In this document: positions 7,016 through 17,065 of the stretch, piece after piece
How positions within the stretch are numbered: position 1 is the stretch's first letter
How the letters are laid out: each line of letters opens with the position of its first letter
Notes under the pieces: generated by a model
Database searches by the model: none
Told to the model about the DNA's origin: nothing
Seen by the model: the letters and a program-made list of their open reading frames with translations, nothing else
Program-made: the position numbers and the translations under genes
Source: a virus
Lineage: Duplodnaviria > Caudoviricetes
Reading direction: 5' to 3' (one strand)
IMG/VR virus record: IMGVR_UViG_3300022852_000152
Span: 1 to 42,245 of that record
Length of the DNA: 42,245 nucleotides

Positions 7016-8062
7016 TTACAACTGCTCAACTCTGAGCGGCTTGTCTGTTTTCTTTTTCTTCTTGCCCACGGCCTTGGCCTTGCCTTTCTTGCCGCCATTG
7101 CACTCGACGGTGGTGGACCAGCCGGACTGGGTGAATACCTGTTCCACGCTGTCGACCAGATAGTCGCCGTCGAGGCCTGACTTGAAGCCCTGGGCATTGA
7201 TGCGGCGTTCGGCAAACATGTCGGTGCGGCCGACCATCTCGAAGCGCACACCGGCAGTACTGCGGTTGAACGCCGCTAGCCTCGCCTTGGCGGCTTGCTC
7301 AGCCGCCGATTTGTTGGGGTAGATGTGACGATCTGTATGCACGCCAGGAAGGCCGTCAGGCGCTTCGTCGTTCCCCAACTCGACCACCTTCAGCTCGCCA
7401 GTGCTTTTGTCCTGATGCTTGGTCTTGACCGCCTTCTGTGCACCTCGATCACCAAGCCTGAACGAATAGCGACTGACGTCTGGTCGCGAGAGCGTGATTA
7501 CCGACAGTGCCTTACCGCTGGCCGTCTGATTGCCCTCCTTGGGCATGACTAGCAGCTTGGCGTCGGCCACCTTGGCGGTGCAGTCGTACTGCTTGGCCAG
7601 GCGGGTGATGAAGTTAAAGTCGGACTCGTTGACCTGATCGATCCGGGGGACTTTGGTCTGAACTGAACAGACCGGCGTCCAGCCGTTACGGGCAGCCACG
7701 TCGCGCACGATCTGAGCGAGCGGCACGTTCTCCCAGCTTCCGCTGCGCGTGGTCTTGCCGGTACCGCGCATGTCGCTGGCTTTACCTCGAATCGTGAGCG
7801 TGTCAGGAGGCCCGGTCACTTCCATCTCGTCCACGGTGTAACTGCCCAACCGCGCCAAGGACTGATCCGAATAGCCCAGGTAAACCTCGATCTTGGCCCC
7901 ACGCTTGGGCAGCGTTACCAACTGTTCACGGTCATCGATGCGCAATTCGAATTCATCGGAGTCCATGCCGGGCTTATCCGAGGTGCGCAGCAGTATCAGC
8001 CGGTCGTTGATCAAGGTCGTGATGTCCTTTCCATCAGCGACGATTCGAAACGTCGGTTTCAT
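7016..8062 (-). CDS. Phage late control/baseplate hub protein D (P2 gpD-like)
   Basis: DQVNESDFNFITRLA motif, 348 aa, position after tail X. Confidence 0.85.
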   Translation of the reverse strand: MKPTFRIVADGKDITTLINDRLILLRTSDKPGMDSDEFELRIDDREQLVTLPKRGAKIEVYLGYSDQSLARLGSYTVDEMEVTGPPDTLTIRGKASDMRGTGKTTRSGSWENVPLAQIVRDVAARNGWTPVCSVQTKVPRIDQVNESDFNFITRLAKQYDCTAKVADAKLLVMPKEGNQTASGKALSVITLSRPDVSRYSFRLGDRGAQKAVKTKHQDKSTGELKVVELGNDEAPDGLPGVHTDRHIYPNKSAAEQAAKARLAAFNRSTAGVRFEMVGRTDMFAERRINAQGFKSGLDGDYLVDSVEQVFTQSGWSTTVECNGGKKGKAKAVGKKKKKTDKPLRVEQL

Positions 8063-8080
8063 GCATGCTCCAGATATGAA

Positions 8081-8103
8081 GAACCCCGCACTAGGCGGGG
8101 CTC
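8081..8103 (-). terminator. Intrinsic terminator-like hairpin in late operon
   Basis: GAGCCCCGC-CTAGT-GCGGGGTTC followed by TTC on the minus strand. Confidence 0.5.
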
Positions 8104-8123
8104 GGTATAGGATTTGCGGGATC

Positions 8124-8330
8124 TCAATCCCACAACATGACGGACTCGATCTCTGGCGCCGGCAGATCCGGCAAGGTGATCAGCAGGCCCGCCCGATAGG
8201 GCTGCGGCTCATCTGCCAATCCTTGGTTCGCCTCCAGAACCGCTTCCACCGTGCCGGTCAGATGGCCGTAATAGTGCTGGCACAAAGTGTCCAGCAGATC
8301 CCCCTCAGACGTTCTGCAGGTCGTCGCCAT
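8124..8330 (-). CDS. Tail protein X (LysM-like, P2 gpX)
   Basis: 68 aa, GDLLDTLC..YYG, VLEANQGLA, ends LWD. Confidence 0.88.
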   Translation of the reverse strand: MATTCRTSEGDLLDTLCQHYYGHLTGTVEAVLEANQGLADEPQPYRAGLLITLPDLPAPEIESVMLWD

Positions 8331-9150
8331 ATTTCACAAACTCCAAAGAGAACGATTGTTTGCGGGGGATCCCACCGGCGAGCAGCACGGACTGCTCTTC
8401 TTCCACGCTGGTCAAGCACCAAGTACCCAGCACCGCACCGAAACCGGTCACCAGGCTCACCGGTCCCAACTTCCGGCCAATGCCGCGCAGCGTGTCCAAC
8501 TGGGCGATGCCGCCTTTGAAGGCTGGAAAAATCACGCCCTTAATGGTCAGCTTGTCCTCGCCCTGGCCAACCGCCTGCTGCGCGATGTCACGGGTCAGAC
8601 GCTCCTGGCCAGCCCAACGAAAACCCGTCTGCCGACGCAGCTCGTCGAAGGCTGCTGTATCCAAGTTGAAGTAATAGGGCTTCGCGTTCGGCTCGAGCGG
8701 CTGCAGGATCAGCAGATGCGGAAAAGGCTTTACCGCCTCGGCCGCAGGAGTGGACCCTGGACCTAGAGCCCCCGTTGGCAGGATATTGCCCAAGGCCGGG
8801 CTGACTTGGCCTGCGATGCGGTTGATAGCCGCACCCGCCTTGCTGGCCTGTTCCTTGAGCGACCCTAGGCGATCCTGCACCTGACCTGCAGCAGTGACAG
8901 CCCGACCGTAGGTCGAGGCCACCCCCCCGACGGTGGACTGCGCTGCATTGATCGCCCGCATGGTACGTTGCAGCTTGGCACCGACGGCAGGCCCGATGAA
9001 GGGCACACCTTCAAGCTCAGCCGCCGCTCCGGACATATCGCTGATCGCCCCATTGAGCGGTCCCAACATCCCATCGAGACTGGTCCGCCCAGCCTCCCCC
9101 GCCGCAATCAGTGATGACAACGCTGATTTCATTGCCTCCATGTAGGCCAT
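8305..9150 (-). CDS. Tail protein with C-terminal P2 gpU-like domain
   Basis: C-terminal RWAGQERL..AQQAVGQGEDKLTIKG...GIPRKQSFSLEF; position after the tape measure gene. Confidence 0.8.
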   Translation of the reverse strand: MAYMEAMKSALSSLIAAGEAGRTSLDGMLGPLNGAISDMSGAAAELEGVPFIGPAVGAKLQRTMRAINAAQSTVGGVASTYGRAVTAAGQVQDRLGSLKEQASKAGAAINRIAGQVSPALGNILPTGALGPGSTPAAEAVKPFPHLLILQPLEPNAKPYYFNLDTAAFDELRRQTGFRWAGQERLTRDIAQQAVGQGEDKLTIKGVIFPAFKGGIAQLDTLRGIGRKLGPVSLVTGFGAVLGTWCLTSVEEEQSVLLAGGIPRKQSFSLEFVKYGDDLQNV

Positions 9151-9159
9151 GGCACCTCC

Positions 9160-11808
9160 TTAGACGTGAGCAGCATCGAACAATTGCGTGGCGGCCTGAC
9201 GGGACGACCGCTCGCGCTCCCACTGCTCCCAACTGCCACGCAAGCGGGACTCCAGCAGGCCAAAGAGCCGGTCAGGATCTCGGGCATCCCCCTCAATCGT
9301 GAACGACATGCTAGGGGAATAGGCAAACGACTGATCGATCTTCGGTGCTTCGGTCTTGGGCGCCGCGGCCTTGGCGATCTCCGGCACACTTGGCGCGGGC
9401 GGGGTCGCCTGGACTATCTCGCGCACTACATCGCCCGGCGCGGGCGGTGTCTTACTTGCCACCGCTTCGGGCTTGTCCTCGCCGAACCATTTCTTGCCGA
9501 GGAAACCGCCCATGAACTCCCCGCCCATACCGCCCAGCGCAGCACCGATGGCGCCACCAATCACTGTGCCGATCACAGGCACCACCGAGCCAATCGCTGC
9601 ACCCGCCGCCCCACCTGCAAGCGCACCAGCCAGACCGCCAGCCGCGCCACCGTACCCCTCGGCTTTTTCATCCTGGGTCTCAGCGTTCAACGCGGTATCA
9701 ATAACTCCGATACCGGCATCCAGCAGATTACCGCCAGGCACACGCTTGGCGATTTTGGTCATCCCACGAATACCCCGCACCGTTTTACCCAGGTCACCTA
9801 ATCCACCGCTCACCGCAGCGGGTGGCACGGTCGGCAAACCTGCGCCCGGCGCCAAGGACACCGGCGCCCGGACAGGAACACGCGGCGCAGCGGCAGGACG
9901 CCGTGCTCCGGCCGATGCTCCGGCACGGCGATTGCGCCGACGGCGAGCCCGGCGCCCCCGGGCAGGCTCACCAGGACCAGAGTTGCCAACACTGCTGCCG
10001 ATCCGACCGAATGCATCGGCGTTGACCACGAAAACGCGCTGCGGGTCGTTGCCAAGGACAGCGCCGGCATCGTTGCTTGCCGGGGCACCAAAGACCTTAC
10101 CCAGCACGCCCAGGCCTGCGTCTACCACTTTGTTGCCGGTCTTGGGCAACGCGACATCACCTACCGCGCTACCAGCACCCCGCGCACCACGCCGCCCCAT
10201 AAGAGTCCCGCGAGCGACGTTGAATACCCCGCGCCCGACCTTGACCGCGCTGGCCGCAGTGAGAAGGCCAATCACGGCGGCCGTAACTCCAGCGACCCCC
10301 AGCACCACCATCGGGAGCTTGTCCGACAGACCTGTGATGCCCCGTGCTACCCAGGTCAAGCCCTGAGCCGCAGCATCCGTCGCCGGGCGAATGGCATCCC
10401 CGATACTGCGCATGGAATCGTTCGCGGCCTGGGCCAACTCCGCCCAGCGCTGCGCGGAAGTCTCACGCCGTTCAGCCAAGTTCTTGTCGAGGATGCCCGC
10501 GACCTTTTCCGCCTCAACCGAATCAGCTTTGAGCGTGTCGTAGAGCCCCCGATTCTGCGCATAAGCAGTCAGCGCGGCCTTAACCTGCATGTCTGCGAAC
10601 AGATCACCTGTACGCAGGGTTTTTTCCAAGGCCTCTAACGCCGCCTTGGCCTTCACTGGATCGGCCTCTTTGTCGATCTTGGCCTGGGCTTCCTGCATCT
10701 TCTTGGCTTTCGCCGGGTCCGTCGCCTGCACATACTTCATCGCCAGGGCCATGGACGACTCGATAACGTTCATGCCCTTCTGCAGACCAGTGTTCAGCGA
10801 GGCTTGATAGTCGATGCCCGCATCCGCATAGGCCTTGACCACATCGCCAGAACCAATCTTTTCCATCCAGTTCTTGAAGTTATTCGCCGCCTCATCCGAG
10901 CTGCCCGCAGTCTTCATCTGGACCTGCAGCATTGCGCCCAGCGATGACACCGAATCCAGGCCAGTGATGCCGTTCTTCTCCATCCCTGCCAGCAGCTGTG
11001 GGAACCACTTAGCCATATCGCTGGCCTCAAAACTGCCCGCCTGGCCTTGGTAGGCAATGGCCTCCAGCGCCTGCTGCATCACCTTGGGATCGGTAATCTT
11101 GGCGTTCTGCTGCAAGGCCATGATCATGCTAGCCGTGTCGACGCCCGAGGATCCTTGGCCGACGGCAAACTTGGCCGCCGTCGGTGCATACGCCATGGCG
11201 TTGTCCAACTCCATGCCGGCGCCGACCAGTTGATTGATCAGATCAGCGACGTCATTGCGCGCCATGCCGGTATCGTTGGCAGTGCTGATCACAGTGCGGC
11301 TGAGCTGCACCTCCTCGGGTGTGTTGGCCACGTCCGCCTTGATCGCAATGTCACGGATGATCGACTGATAGTCAGCACTGATGGTCGTCGGAATCGCCGT
11401 CAACCCGCCGCCAACAATGGCTTGGCGAACGCTGGTTGCGAGCGCAGATTTGCCACCACCGATCTGTTGATGCCCTTTCAACTGCAGATCGGCGGCCTTG
11501 GCTTCTCGGCCGAGGCGCTGATATTCACGCCCGAGCCGACCAACCTCGACGCCCTGCTTACGCAGGGCATTCAGGTTACCTTCGAGTTTGCGCTGCAGCT
11601 TATCGGCCCCGGCTGCTCCGGTATCGTGTGCTCGCTTCCACTCGTCGCGCAGCTTGATGGTGTCGCCAATGGTGCTTTTTAGCACCTTGGCCTTGTTGCC
11701 TTTAGCCTCGAGCTTATTGATATGACCCGAGACGGTGTTAAACGCGGCGCCCATCGATGATGCGACGGCGCCACCGATTACCAGCGATAACGCCAGCTTG
11801 CCTGCCAT
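9160..11808 (-). CDS. Tail tape measure protein
   Basis: 882 aa, Ala/Gly-rich helical protein with GSFEASDMAKWFP core; follows the tail chaperone. Confidence 0.9.
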   Translation of the reverse strand: MAGKLALSLVIGGAVASSMGAAFNTVSGHINKLEAKGNKAKVLKSTIGDTIKLRDEWKRAHDTGAAGADKLQRKLEGNLNALRKQGVEVGRLGREYQRLGREAKAADLQLKGHQQIGGGKSALATSVRQAIVGGGLTAIPTTISADYQSIIRDIAIKADVANTPEEVQLSRTVISTANDTGMARNDVADLINQLVGAGMELDNAMAYAPTAAKFAVGQGSSGVDTASMIMALQQNAKITDPKVMQQALEAIAYQGQAGSFEASDMAKWFPQLLAGMEKNGITGLDSVSSLGAMLQVQMKTAGSSDEAANNFKNWMEKIGSGDVVKAYADAGIDYQASLNTGLQKGMNVIESSMALAMKYVQATDPAKAKKMQEAQAKIDKEADPVKAKAALEALEKTLRTGDLFADMQVKAALTAYAQNRGLYDTLKADSVEAEKVAGILDKNLAERRETSAQRWAELAQAANDSMRSIGDAIRPATDAAAQGLTWVARGITGLSDKLPMVVLGVAGVTAAVIGLLTAASAVKVGRGVFNVARGTLMGRRGARGAGSAVGDVALPKTGNKVVDAGLGVLGKVFGAPASNDAGAVLGNDPQRVFVVNADAFGRIGSSVGNSGPGEPARGRRARRRRNRRAGASAGARRPAAAPRVPVRAPVSLAPGAGLPTVPPAAVSGGLGDLGKTVRGIRGMTKIAKRVPGGNLLDAGIGVIDTALNAETQDEKAEGYGGAAGGLAGALAGGAAGAAIGSVVPVIGTVIGGAIGAALGGMGGEFMGGFLGKKWFGEDKPEAVASKTPPAPGDVVREIVQATPPAPSVPEIAKAAAPKTEAPKIDQSFAYSPSMSFTIEGDARDPDRLFGLLESRLRGSWEQWERERSSRQAATQLFDAAHV

Positions 11809-11825
11809 CGACTACCCCCTTGAGC

Positions 11826-11942
11826 TCAATCCGTGAGCCACCAGCACATGTCCGACCAGGGCATGAGTGTGATTTCAGCGGCCGAAAAGCCCAGCTCTTT
11901 GGCTAGACGTTTGGCCATCCTTTTCTGCAACTGGGGGTCAAA
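11826..11942 (-). CDS. GpE'-like tail chaperone extension (probable frameshift product)
   Basis: The +1 frame after the chaperone reads FDPQLQKRMAKRLAKELGFSAAEITLMPWSDMCWWLTD*, matching the P2 gpE' pattern, and fills the gap to the tape measure RBS. Confidence 0.65.
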   Translation of the reverse strand, partial: FDPQLQKRMAKRLAKELGFSAAEITLMPWSDMCWWLTD

Positions 11943-12240
11943 GCTCGTCGTCCTGCAGAAGACGAAAATAACCGGCCTGCAGGCGGGTATAGTCTTTCAG
12001 GGCCAGGCCTTCGAGATCCTTCACACCGACCTCGGCGAGACTCGCGAACAGGTTCAATTCGCGCTGTTCTTCATCACCGCTCCCAGCCTGAGCGCTGCGG
12101 ATGTCGCGCACGGTTGGGGCGCGTAGCGAGAGCTGGTCAACCTGAACACCATTAGCCTCTGAAGGCTTGCTCAACCTGACCGTAACGCGGTCGGCGTGAA
12201 GGGTCATCCAAGTTGGAGGGGTCTTGATTTTTAGAGCCAT
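11938..12240 (-). CDS. Tail assembly chaperone (gpE/gp41-like)
   Basis: 100 aa, LSLRAPTVRD, DYTRLQAGY; lies between the tube and tape measure genes. Confidence 0.85.
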   Translation of the reverse strand: MALKIKTPPTWMTLHADRVTVRLSKPSEANGVQVDQLSLRAPTVRDIRSAQAGSGDEEQRELNLFASLAEVGVKDLEGLALKDYTRLQAGYFRLLQDDEL

Positions 12241-12270
12241 GGTTATAAGTCCTGATTTGAAAGAGAGGGG

Positions 12271-12780
12271 TTACAGGCCCAGGGCCTGACGTTGCGCCAT
12301 CAGTTGATCCACGCCGTTGATCACGCGCTTCATGCCGAGGGCGTCGATCTCGTAGATCAAGCGGCCATCGACTTCGAGCTTGTAATAGGTCACGGCGACG
12401 TTGTGCTTGATCTCGGCCTTATCGCCAGGCTTCCAGTCACCCATGTCCACCTCTTTGAGGCTGCCACGCAGTGTGACTACAACAGGAGTGACCCTGCCCT
12501 TCAGGCCCTTGAAGGCGCCCCGGAATGTGCCGTTGAAGGCGCTGCCGTCAGCCAGGCCAAAAAACTTCAGGGCTTCGCGCCGCACCCCGGTGGTGGTGAA
12601 GCCAGCCTCCTGTTTCTCCATGCCTTGGTCCATCTCGACCGGCATATCCATGCCACCCACACGGTGCTCTTCCATCTTGAGCGTGAGCTTGGGCAGGGTC
12701 AGGCTTGGCACGTCACCTTGAAAGCTGACGCCATCGACGAACAGATTCAGGTTTGCCAGGGTTTCGGGAATCATTGCCAT
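12271..12780 (-). CDS. Major tail tube protein (P2 FII-like)
   Basis: 169 aa, LTLPKL...GGMD, YYKLEVDG..IYEID, INGVD. Confidence 0.92.
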   Translation of the reverse strand: MAMIPETLANLNLFVDGVSFQGDVPSLTLPKLTLKMEEHRVGGMDMPVEMDQGMEKQEAGFTTTGVRREALKFFGLADGSAFNGTFRGAFKGLKGRVTPVVVTLRGSLKEVDMGDWKPGDKAEIKHNVAVTYYKLEVDGRLIYEIDALGMKRVINGVDQLMAQRQALGL

Positions 12781-12792
12781 GCGATGCGCTCC

Positions 12793-13959
12793 TTAAGCGG
12801 CAGACGACAGAACTTCGGTCAGCCATTGGTTGGTGACCTCTACGCGGAAATTGGGGTTTTCAGCAGGCGGGACATCGGTGAAGCGAATGTTCCAGTACAC
12901 CTTGCCCTGCTCCAGCTGGCTGGCCGTGTTCAGCTCGGTGTCGGCGTAGACCTCGAAGTTGATGATTGCGCCCTGGTTCTTGAGGTCGCGCATGAACGCC
13001 TGCAGGCCTTCAGTCACGTCCTTGACATAGGTCGCGGTGATCGAGCGGTCGACGGCCCACTTGTGGCCGTACAGGATCGCGTCCATGACGATATCCATGG
13101 TCCGCACGCGGGTGACGAACGCCCATTTGGCATCACTCGACAGGGTGCGGTTTCCCCACAGTCGGTAGCCGTCATCGCGAATGATGGTGGCGATATTGGC
13201 GTTATTGAGCAGGTTGGCCCGGCACGTCTCGTCGCCGTCCAAGAACTCCACCGGGCGACCAGCACCGGTGATGCCCACGAATTCTTTGTTGGATGGCGAT
13301 GCCCAGAAGCCGTACTCGTTGTCGGTCCAGGCGAACAGGCCGGCGACCCAGGCCGAGCCGGGCGAATCAACCGTCGCGCTCGCTTCGGTGTCCCAGTACT
13401 TAACGCCAGGGTCGACCATAAACGCACGCTTGGCACCGAACTCGCCCGCGTAGGCAATGGCGGCCTCGTCGGTGGTGTTGGGGCCGTCGATGATGGCGAT
13501 TCCGCGCAGCTTGTCAGCCAACGCCACCAGGGCGGTACCGACTGCCGGGGTTGCGCTGTGCTTGGGGGTCACCAGTAGCCGCGGCTGGGCGTTGAACCGG
13601 CTCTTGCCATCGAGCAGCGCCTGCAGGCCGGTACGCGTGCCATCGACCAGAACGCCGCCAATGATCGCCGAGGTCTGCTCGGCAGCGTCCTCCAGCTTGG
13701 CCACCCCGCACGCGACGATAACCGCCTGGGCGCGGGTGTAGATGGCCCGGCAGGCCTTGGTGATGGCCGAGTCAGGACCGAACGCGGCCACCGCCTCGCG
13801 CTCGCTGGTGATCAGCACCAGGTCATTGGCTTTCGCGGTGGCGTCCGCGCCAGGGGTGAAGGTATCGACCAAGCCAATGATCGAGGACGACGGCAAGGCG
13901 ATGGTGCGCGCCCCGGTGTCGACATTCGTTACGGTAACGCCGTGAAAGAAACCGCTCAT
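12793..13959 (-). CDS. Tail sheath protein (P2 FI-like)
   Basis: FFHGVTV, GFWASPSNK, GYRLWGNRT, FTDVPPAE. Confidence 0.93.
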   Translation of the reverse strand: MSGFFHGVTVTNVDTGARTIALPSSSIIGLVDTFTPGADATAKANDLVLITSEREAVAAFGPDSAITKACRAIYTRAQAVIVACGVAKLEDAAEQTSAIIGGVLVDGTRTGLQALLDGKSRFNAQPRLLVTPKHSATPAVGTALVALADKLRGIAIIDGPNTTDEAAIAYAGEFGAKRAFMVDPGVKYWDTEASATVDSPGSAWVAGLFAWTDNEYGFWASPSNKEFVGITGAGRPVEFLDGDETCRANLLNNANIATIIRDDGYRLWGNRTLSSDAKWAFVTRVRTMDIVMDAILYGHKWAVDRSITATYVKDVTEGLQAFMRDLKNQGAIINFEVYADTELNTASQLEQGKVYWNIRFTDVPPAENPNFRVEVTNQWLTEVLSSAA

Positions 13960-14020
13960 AGAGTCTCCAGATACGAAAAGGCCCCGCGTCAGCGAGGCCA
14001 GAGGGGATGCAGCAGAAAAG

Positions 14021-14043
14021 AAAAAGCCCCGTCAGTGCGGGGC
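14021..14043 (-). terminator. Intrinsic terminator after tail fibre genes
   Basis: GCCCCG-CACTGA-CGGGGC followed by TTTTT on the minus strand. Confidence 0.65.
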
Positions 14044-14044
14044 G

Positions 14045-14482
14045 TCATTGGGTTTGTTCGGCGATCCAGGGTGGCGCCACTGGGCGATAGTCGCTGTAGG
14101 GAAAACGACTGTCTTGCGGCCAGTCGCGTAACGACTGGCGATAGACCAGCAACGCGGTGAATTGCTCAGCGGCCAGCGTGGTGGGGAGCTGCATGTCCTG
14201 CTCATCACGGTGACGCGTCACCAGCCACTCGGTTGAAGAAACTTCGCCATCTCGCCAACTGCGCTCGACTGCTTGAAGATCAGCTATGTTGGTCGGCTTG
14301 TACGCGGGCGGATCGATTAGGATCGGCAGACCTTCGGCGTCATGGCTTCTAACCTTACCCCTCTCGGGATTGGCGATGGTCGCCTGATACAGCTCCTCGC
14401 TTATCTCCCTAGCATCATCCGGGATGTCTTCGTGGACAGCTGGCAAATAACAACAACCTGTCCTTGCGCTATACAACCTCAT
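14045..14482 (-). CDS. Tail fibre assembly chaperone
   Basis: 145 aa, WLVTRHRDE, YRQSLRDWP, RPVAPPW; directly after the fibre gene. Confidence 0.82.
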   Translation of the reverse strand: MRLYSARTGCCYLPAVHEDIPDDAREISEELYQATIANPERGKVRSHDAEGLPILIDPPAYKPTNIADLQAVERSWRDGEVSSTEWLVTRHRDEQDMQLPTTLAAEQFTALLVYRQSLRDWPQDSRFPYSDYRPVAPPWIAEQTQ

Positions 14483-14493
14483 AAAACCTCCAG

Positions 14494-16461
14494 TTACTTA
14501 CCAATAGCGAGCCAATACAACGTTCCCGCCACAACAGTGGCAGTGGTATCGCGTGCCGCGATGGTCACGCCAACGTTAGTACGGGTGAAACCGTTCAAGT
14601 CAGGGGTAGTTGTTCCAGCGTCGGAAATGCATTGCACGTTGTAGCAGGCGCTTGGAAACGCGATATTGAACGGGACGTTGGCTCCCACATAGTTCACTGC
14701 CTCACCGTGGGCATACCCTCCCCACTGAATCACCAGCCCGCCTAGCCAAGACGGAAAAATGATGTAGCCATTAGGCGCCAAGCTTGCGGAAAAGCCTAAA
14801 CGCATTGCCTGGAATACCCGTAAAGGCGACATCATTTTGTTAGTTAGCGCACCCGCCTCCGCCTCGGTTTGACTTGCAAACTCAAGGGTTCGAGTGGTCC
14901 ACGACGCTTCCCACTCAGACCACACCCCCAGCTCATGCCGGTTGCGCGTCCATAAGTTCGCTGGTACGGCAGACCCACCGTCAACAATCGCAATCTGCGC
15001 CGATTGTTGGCCTGCGGCTCGCTCTATGTGAATCAGATGGTAAGACCCAGGCTTTGGGCAATTGAGCCCTGACGGCACCCGGTAAATGCCTGTTCTCGAA
15101 GCTAAATCAGCACCTGGAATGTCAGTCCCTGGGGCACCGATTCCAAACAAAGCCATAGCACTGCGAACGAAAGCGGTAGTCGCGATGGACGTATCGCTAT
15201 CGTTCGCAGCCGCAGTCGGTGCCTTGGGGTCGCCGGTCAAGATCGGGTTGGCCAATGGCGCCTTCAGGGCCAGAGTGTTGGTCATGGTGGCTGCGAAATT
15301 CGGGTCGTTTCCGATAGCCGCCGCCAATTCGTTAAGCGTGTCTAGGGCTGCCGGCGAGGATGCCACCAGATCCGCTAGAGCTTTCTGCACAAAGGCCGTG
15401 TTGGCCAACTGGGTAGAGTTGGTCCCAACAGCAGGCGTCGGCGCCGTCGGCACCCCGGTTAGGGCCGGACTGGCCAGCGGCGCTTTGAGTGTCAGCGCCT
15501 GATCAACCTGAGTCTTGGTGTATGCATCAGTCAGACCGTAGCCTGCCACCGTAGTCGGGTTGGTCGCAGCGATCACACGCCCCTGCGCGTCAACCGTCAC
15601 ACTCCGATAAGTACCCGCCGTCACACCGGTACGGCCAAAGGCCATTTCAAAGGCAAGCGCTGTCACGCCCAGGGTGATCGGTGCATCTGTGACCAGCTGC
15701 CACGCGCTATCGCCGTTGATCGTACCGCGCTCGACCTGCACCAGCAGGCCAGGGGTAACCTTGGCGCTGGTGTCCGCATCGGCGCAGCGCGCCCAGGGAC
15801 CACCGGCCACGGCCAGATATAGACCATTGTCCTTGGCGGCGGCTTGGTTCTTCACCAGCACGCGCGAACCGGCAACCAACGCTACGCCGTCGACCGCCTG
15901 CAAACCGCTCAGGGTGATAGCAGCCGTCGTGGCGGCGACTACCGAGTGTTTGAAATCCTGCTTGGCCAGCTCTTCGGTCACCCATTCGCGGGTGGCCAGC
16001 ACCACGCTTGGATCGATCTTGAGTTGCACATTGCTAGAGCTGCTGACGATCAGGTTTAACCGCACTACCTGGGTACGCCCCGACCCCTGACTGAGCAGCG
16101 GCTTGAAGGTCGGCGCGCAGTTGGCCACCGCCACCATGTCGCCGTCAGCATCAAACAGGGCAATCTCGCGAATCCAGCGGCCGCCCACGTCGGCGGGAAT
16201 GACCTGCTCAGCGACGATCACCGCATTGTTCTTGTCATCGACCTTAAGCTGATTGAGCGGCGCCCGGCGCCACTCGTTGAGCAGCGAGGTCCAGGCCGCT
16301 GTCGGCATCGGCAAGGGCGGGTTGTCCACGCCTGCGGGGTTGCCATCGCCAACGGCCATTTGCGTGATAGTCCAGGGAATGCCCAGCGCATCGGCGTTGG
16401 CCTGCTTGGCCGCGCCGACGTTGGTCAGGATCGCGTAAAACTGTGAGGTCTGATCAACCAT
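14494..16461 (-). CDS. Tail fibre protein (P2 gpH-like N terminus)
   Basis: AILTNVGAAK, VGGRWIREIAL, IDPSVVLATR; internal APLASPALTG repeats; C-terminal NGYIIFP..LVIQWG. Start MVDQTSQ at 16461. Confidence 0.88.
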   Translation of the reverse strand: MVDQTSQFYAILTNVGAAKQANADALGIPWTITQMAVGDGNPAGVDNPPLPMPTAAWTSLLNEWRRAPLNQLKVDDKNNAVIVAEQVIPADVGGRWIREIALFDADGDMVAVANCAPTFKPLLSQGSGRTQVVRLNLIVSSSSNVQLKIDPSVVLATREWVTEELAKQDFKHSVVAATTAAITLSGLQAVDGVALVAGSRVLVKNQAAAKDNGLYLAVAGGPWARCADADTSAKVTPGLLVQVERGTINGDSAWQLVTDAPITLGVTALAFEMAFGRTGVTAGTYRSVTVDAQGRVIAATNPTTVAGYGLTDAYTKTQVDQALTLKAPLASPALTGVPTAPTPAVGTNSTQLANTAFVQKALADLVASSPAALDTLNELAAAIGNDPNFAATMTNTLALKAPLANPILTGDPKAPTAAANDSDTSIATTAFVRSAMALFGIGAPGTDIPGADLASRTGIYRVPSGLNCPKPGSYHLIHIERAAGQQSAQIAIVDGGSAVPANLWTRNRHELGVWSEWEASWTTRTLEFASQTEAEAGALTNKMMSPLRVFQAMRLGFSASLAPNGYIIFPSWLGGLVIQWGGYAHGEAVNYVGANVPFNIAFPSACYNVQCISDAGTTTPDLNGFTRTNVGVTIAARDTTATVVAGTLYWLAIGK

Positions 16462-17065
16462 GGTGTACGTCCAGATAGTCAATTGTGTGATCGCGGCCAC
16501 CGCGCCCAATCTCGCCAGTGACTTCAAGGTCAGCGGCTTGCGGCGGGTAAACGTCGAGTTCGTCGCCGTCGTAGATCGACGGGGCTATGTACAGGCGGCC
16601 GGTCGCCTCCAGGCTGATCGCCAAGCCGATCATGTGCCGGCTGACTGGCCGGGCGTCATCGATCAGCCAGGTCAGTTCCTGATAGGTTTCTTCGCTGATA
16701 CCTTCGTCGGTTACGCCGACCTTGAGCGAGAACGTTCCCGGCACGCCCTTGGGTTCGGTCTGCCACCACTCGACCACCTCGATCAGGTAGCCAAACGGCT
16801 CGACCACCCGACGCAGCGCGCCGATGGTTCCTTTGTGGGCATGGATGTAGAACGCCGAGCGGATCACCGAGCGCTTGATGAATTCCGGCCAATTGTCATC
16901 CCAGCGATCCACCGACCAGGCCCATGCGAGTTGGTACAGCAGGTGCGCCGGGCAGGTGTCGGGGTTGTACAAGGTGCGCAAGGAAACATCAGTGGTTTCA
17001 GCGGTCGCGGCCTCCATGGCGCGTTCCAGCGGCGTACTGTTGAGCGGCAGAAGACTAGTCATCAA
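16454..17065 (-). CDS. Baseplate/tail protein I (P2 gpI-like)
   Basis: SLLPLNSTPLE, LAWAWSVDRWD, HKGTIGALRR. Confidence 0.9.
   Translation of the reverse strand: MMTSLLPLNSTPLERAMEAATAETTDVSLRTLYNPDTCPAHLLYQLAWAWSVDRWDDNWPEFIKRSVIRSAFYIHAHKGTIGALRRVVEPFGYLIEVVEWWQTEPKGVPGTFSLKVGVTDEGISEETYQELTWLIDDARPVSRHMIGLAISLEATGRLYIAPSIYDGDELDVYPPQAADLEVTGEIGRGGRDHTIDYLDVHHG

Noticed and set aside
6991-7251. Extended endolysin N terminus (signal/SAR-like)
   Set aside because: It overlaps gene D; the RBS supports ATG 6990.
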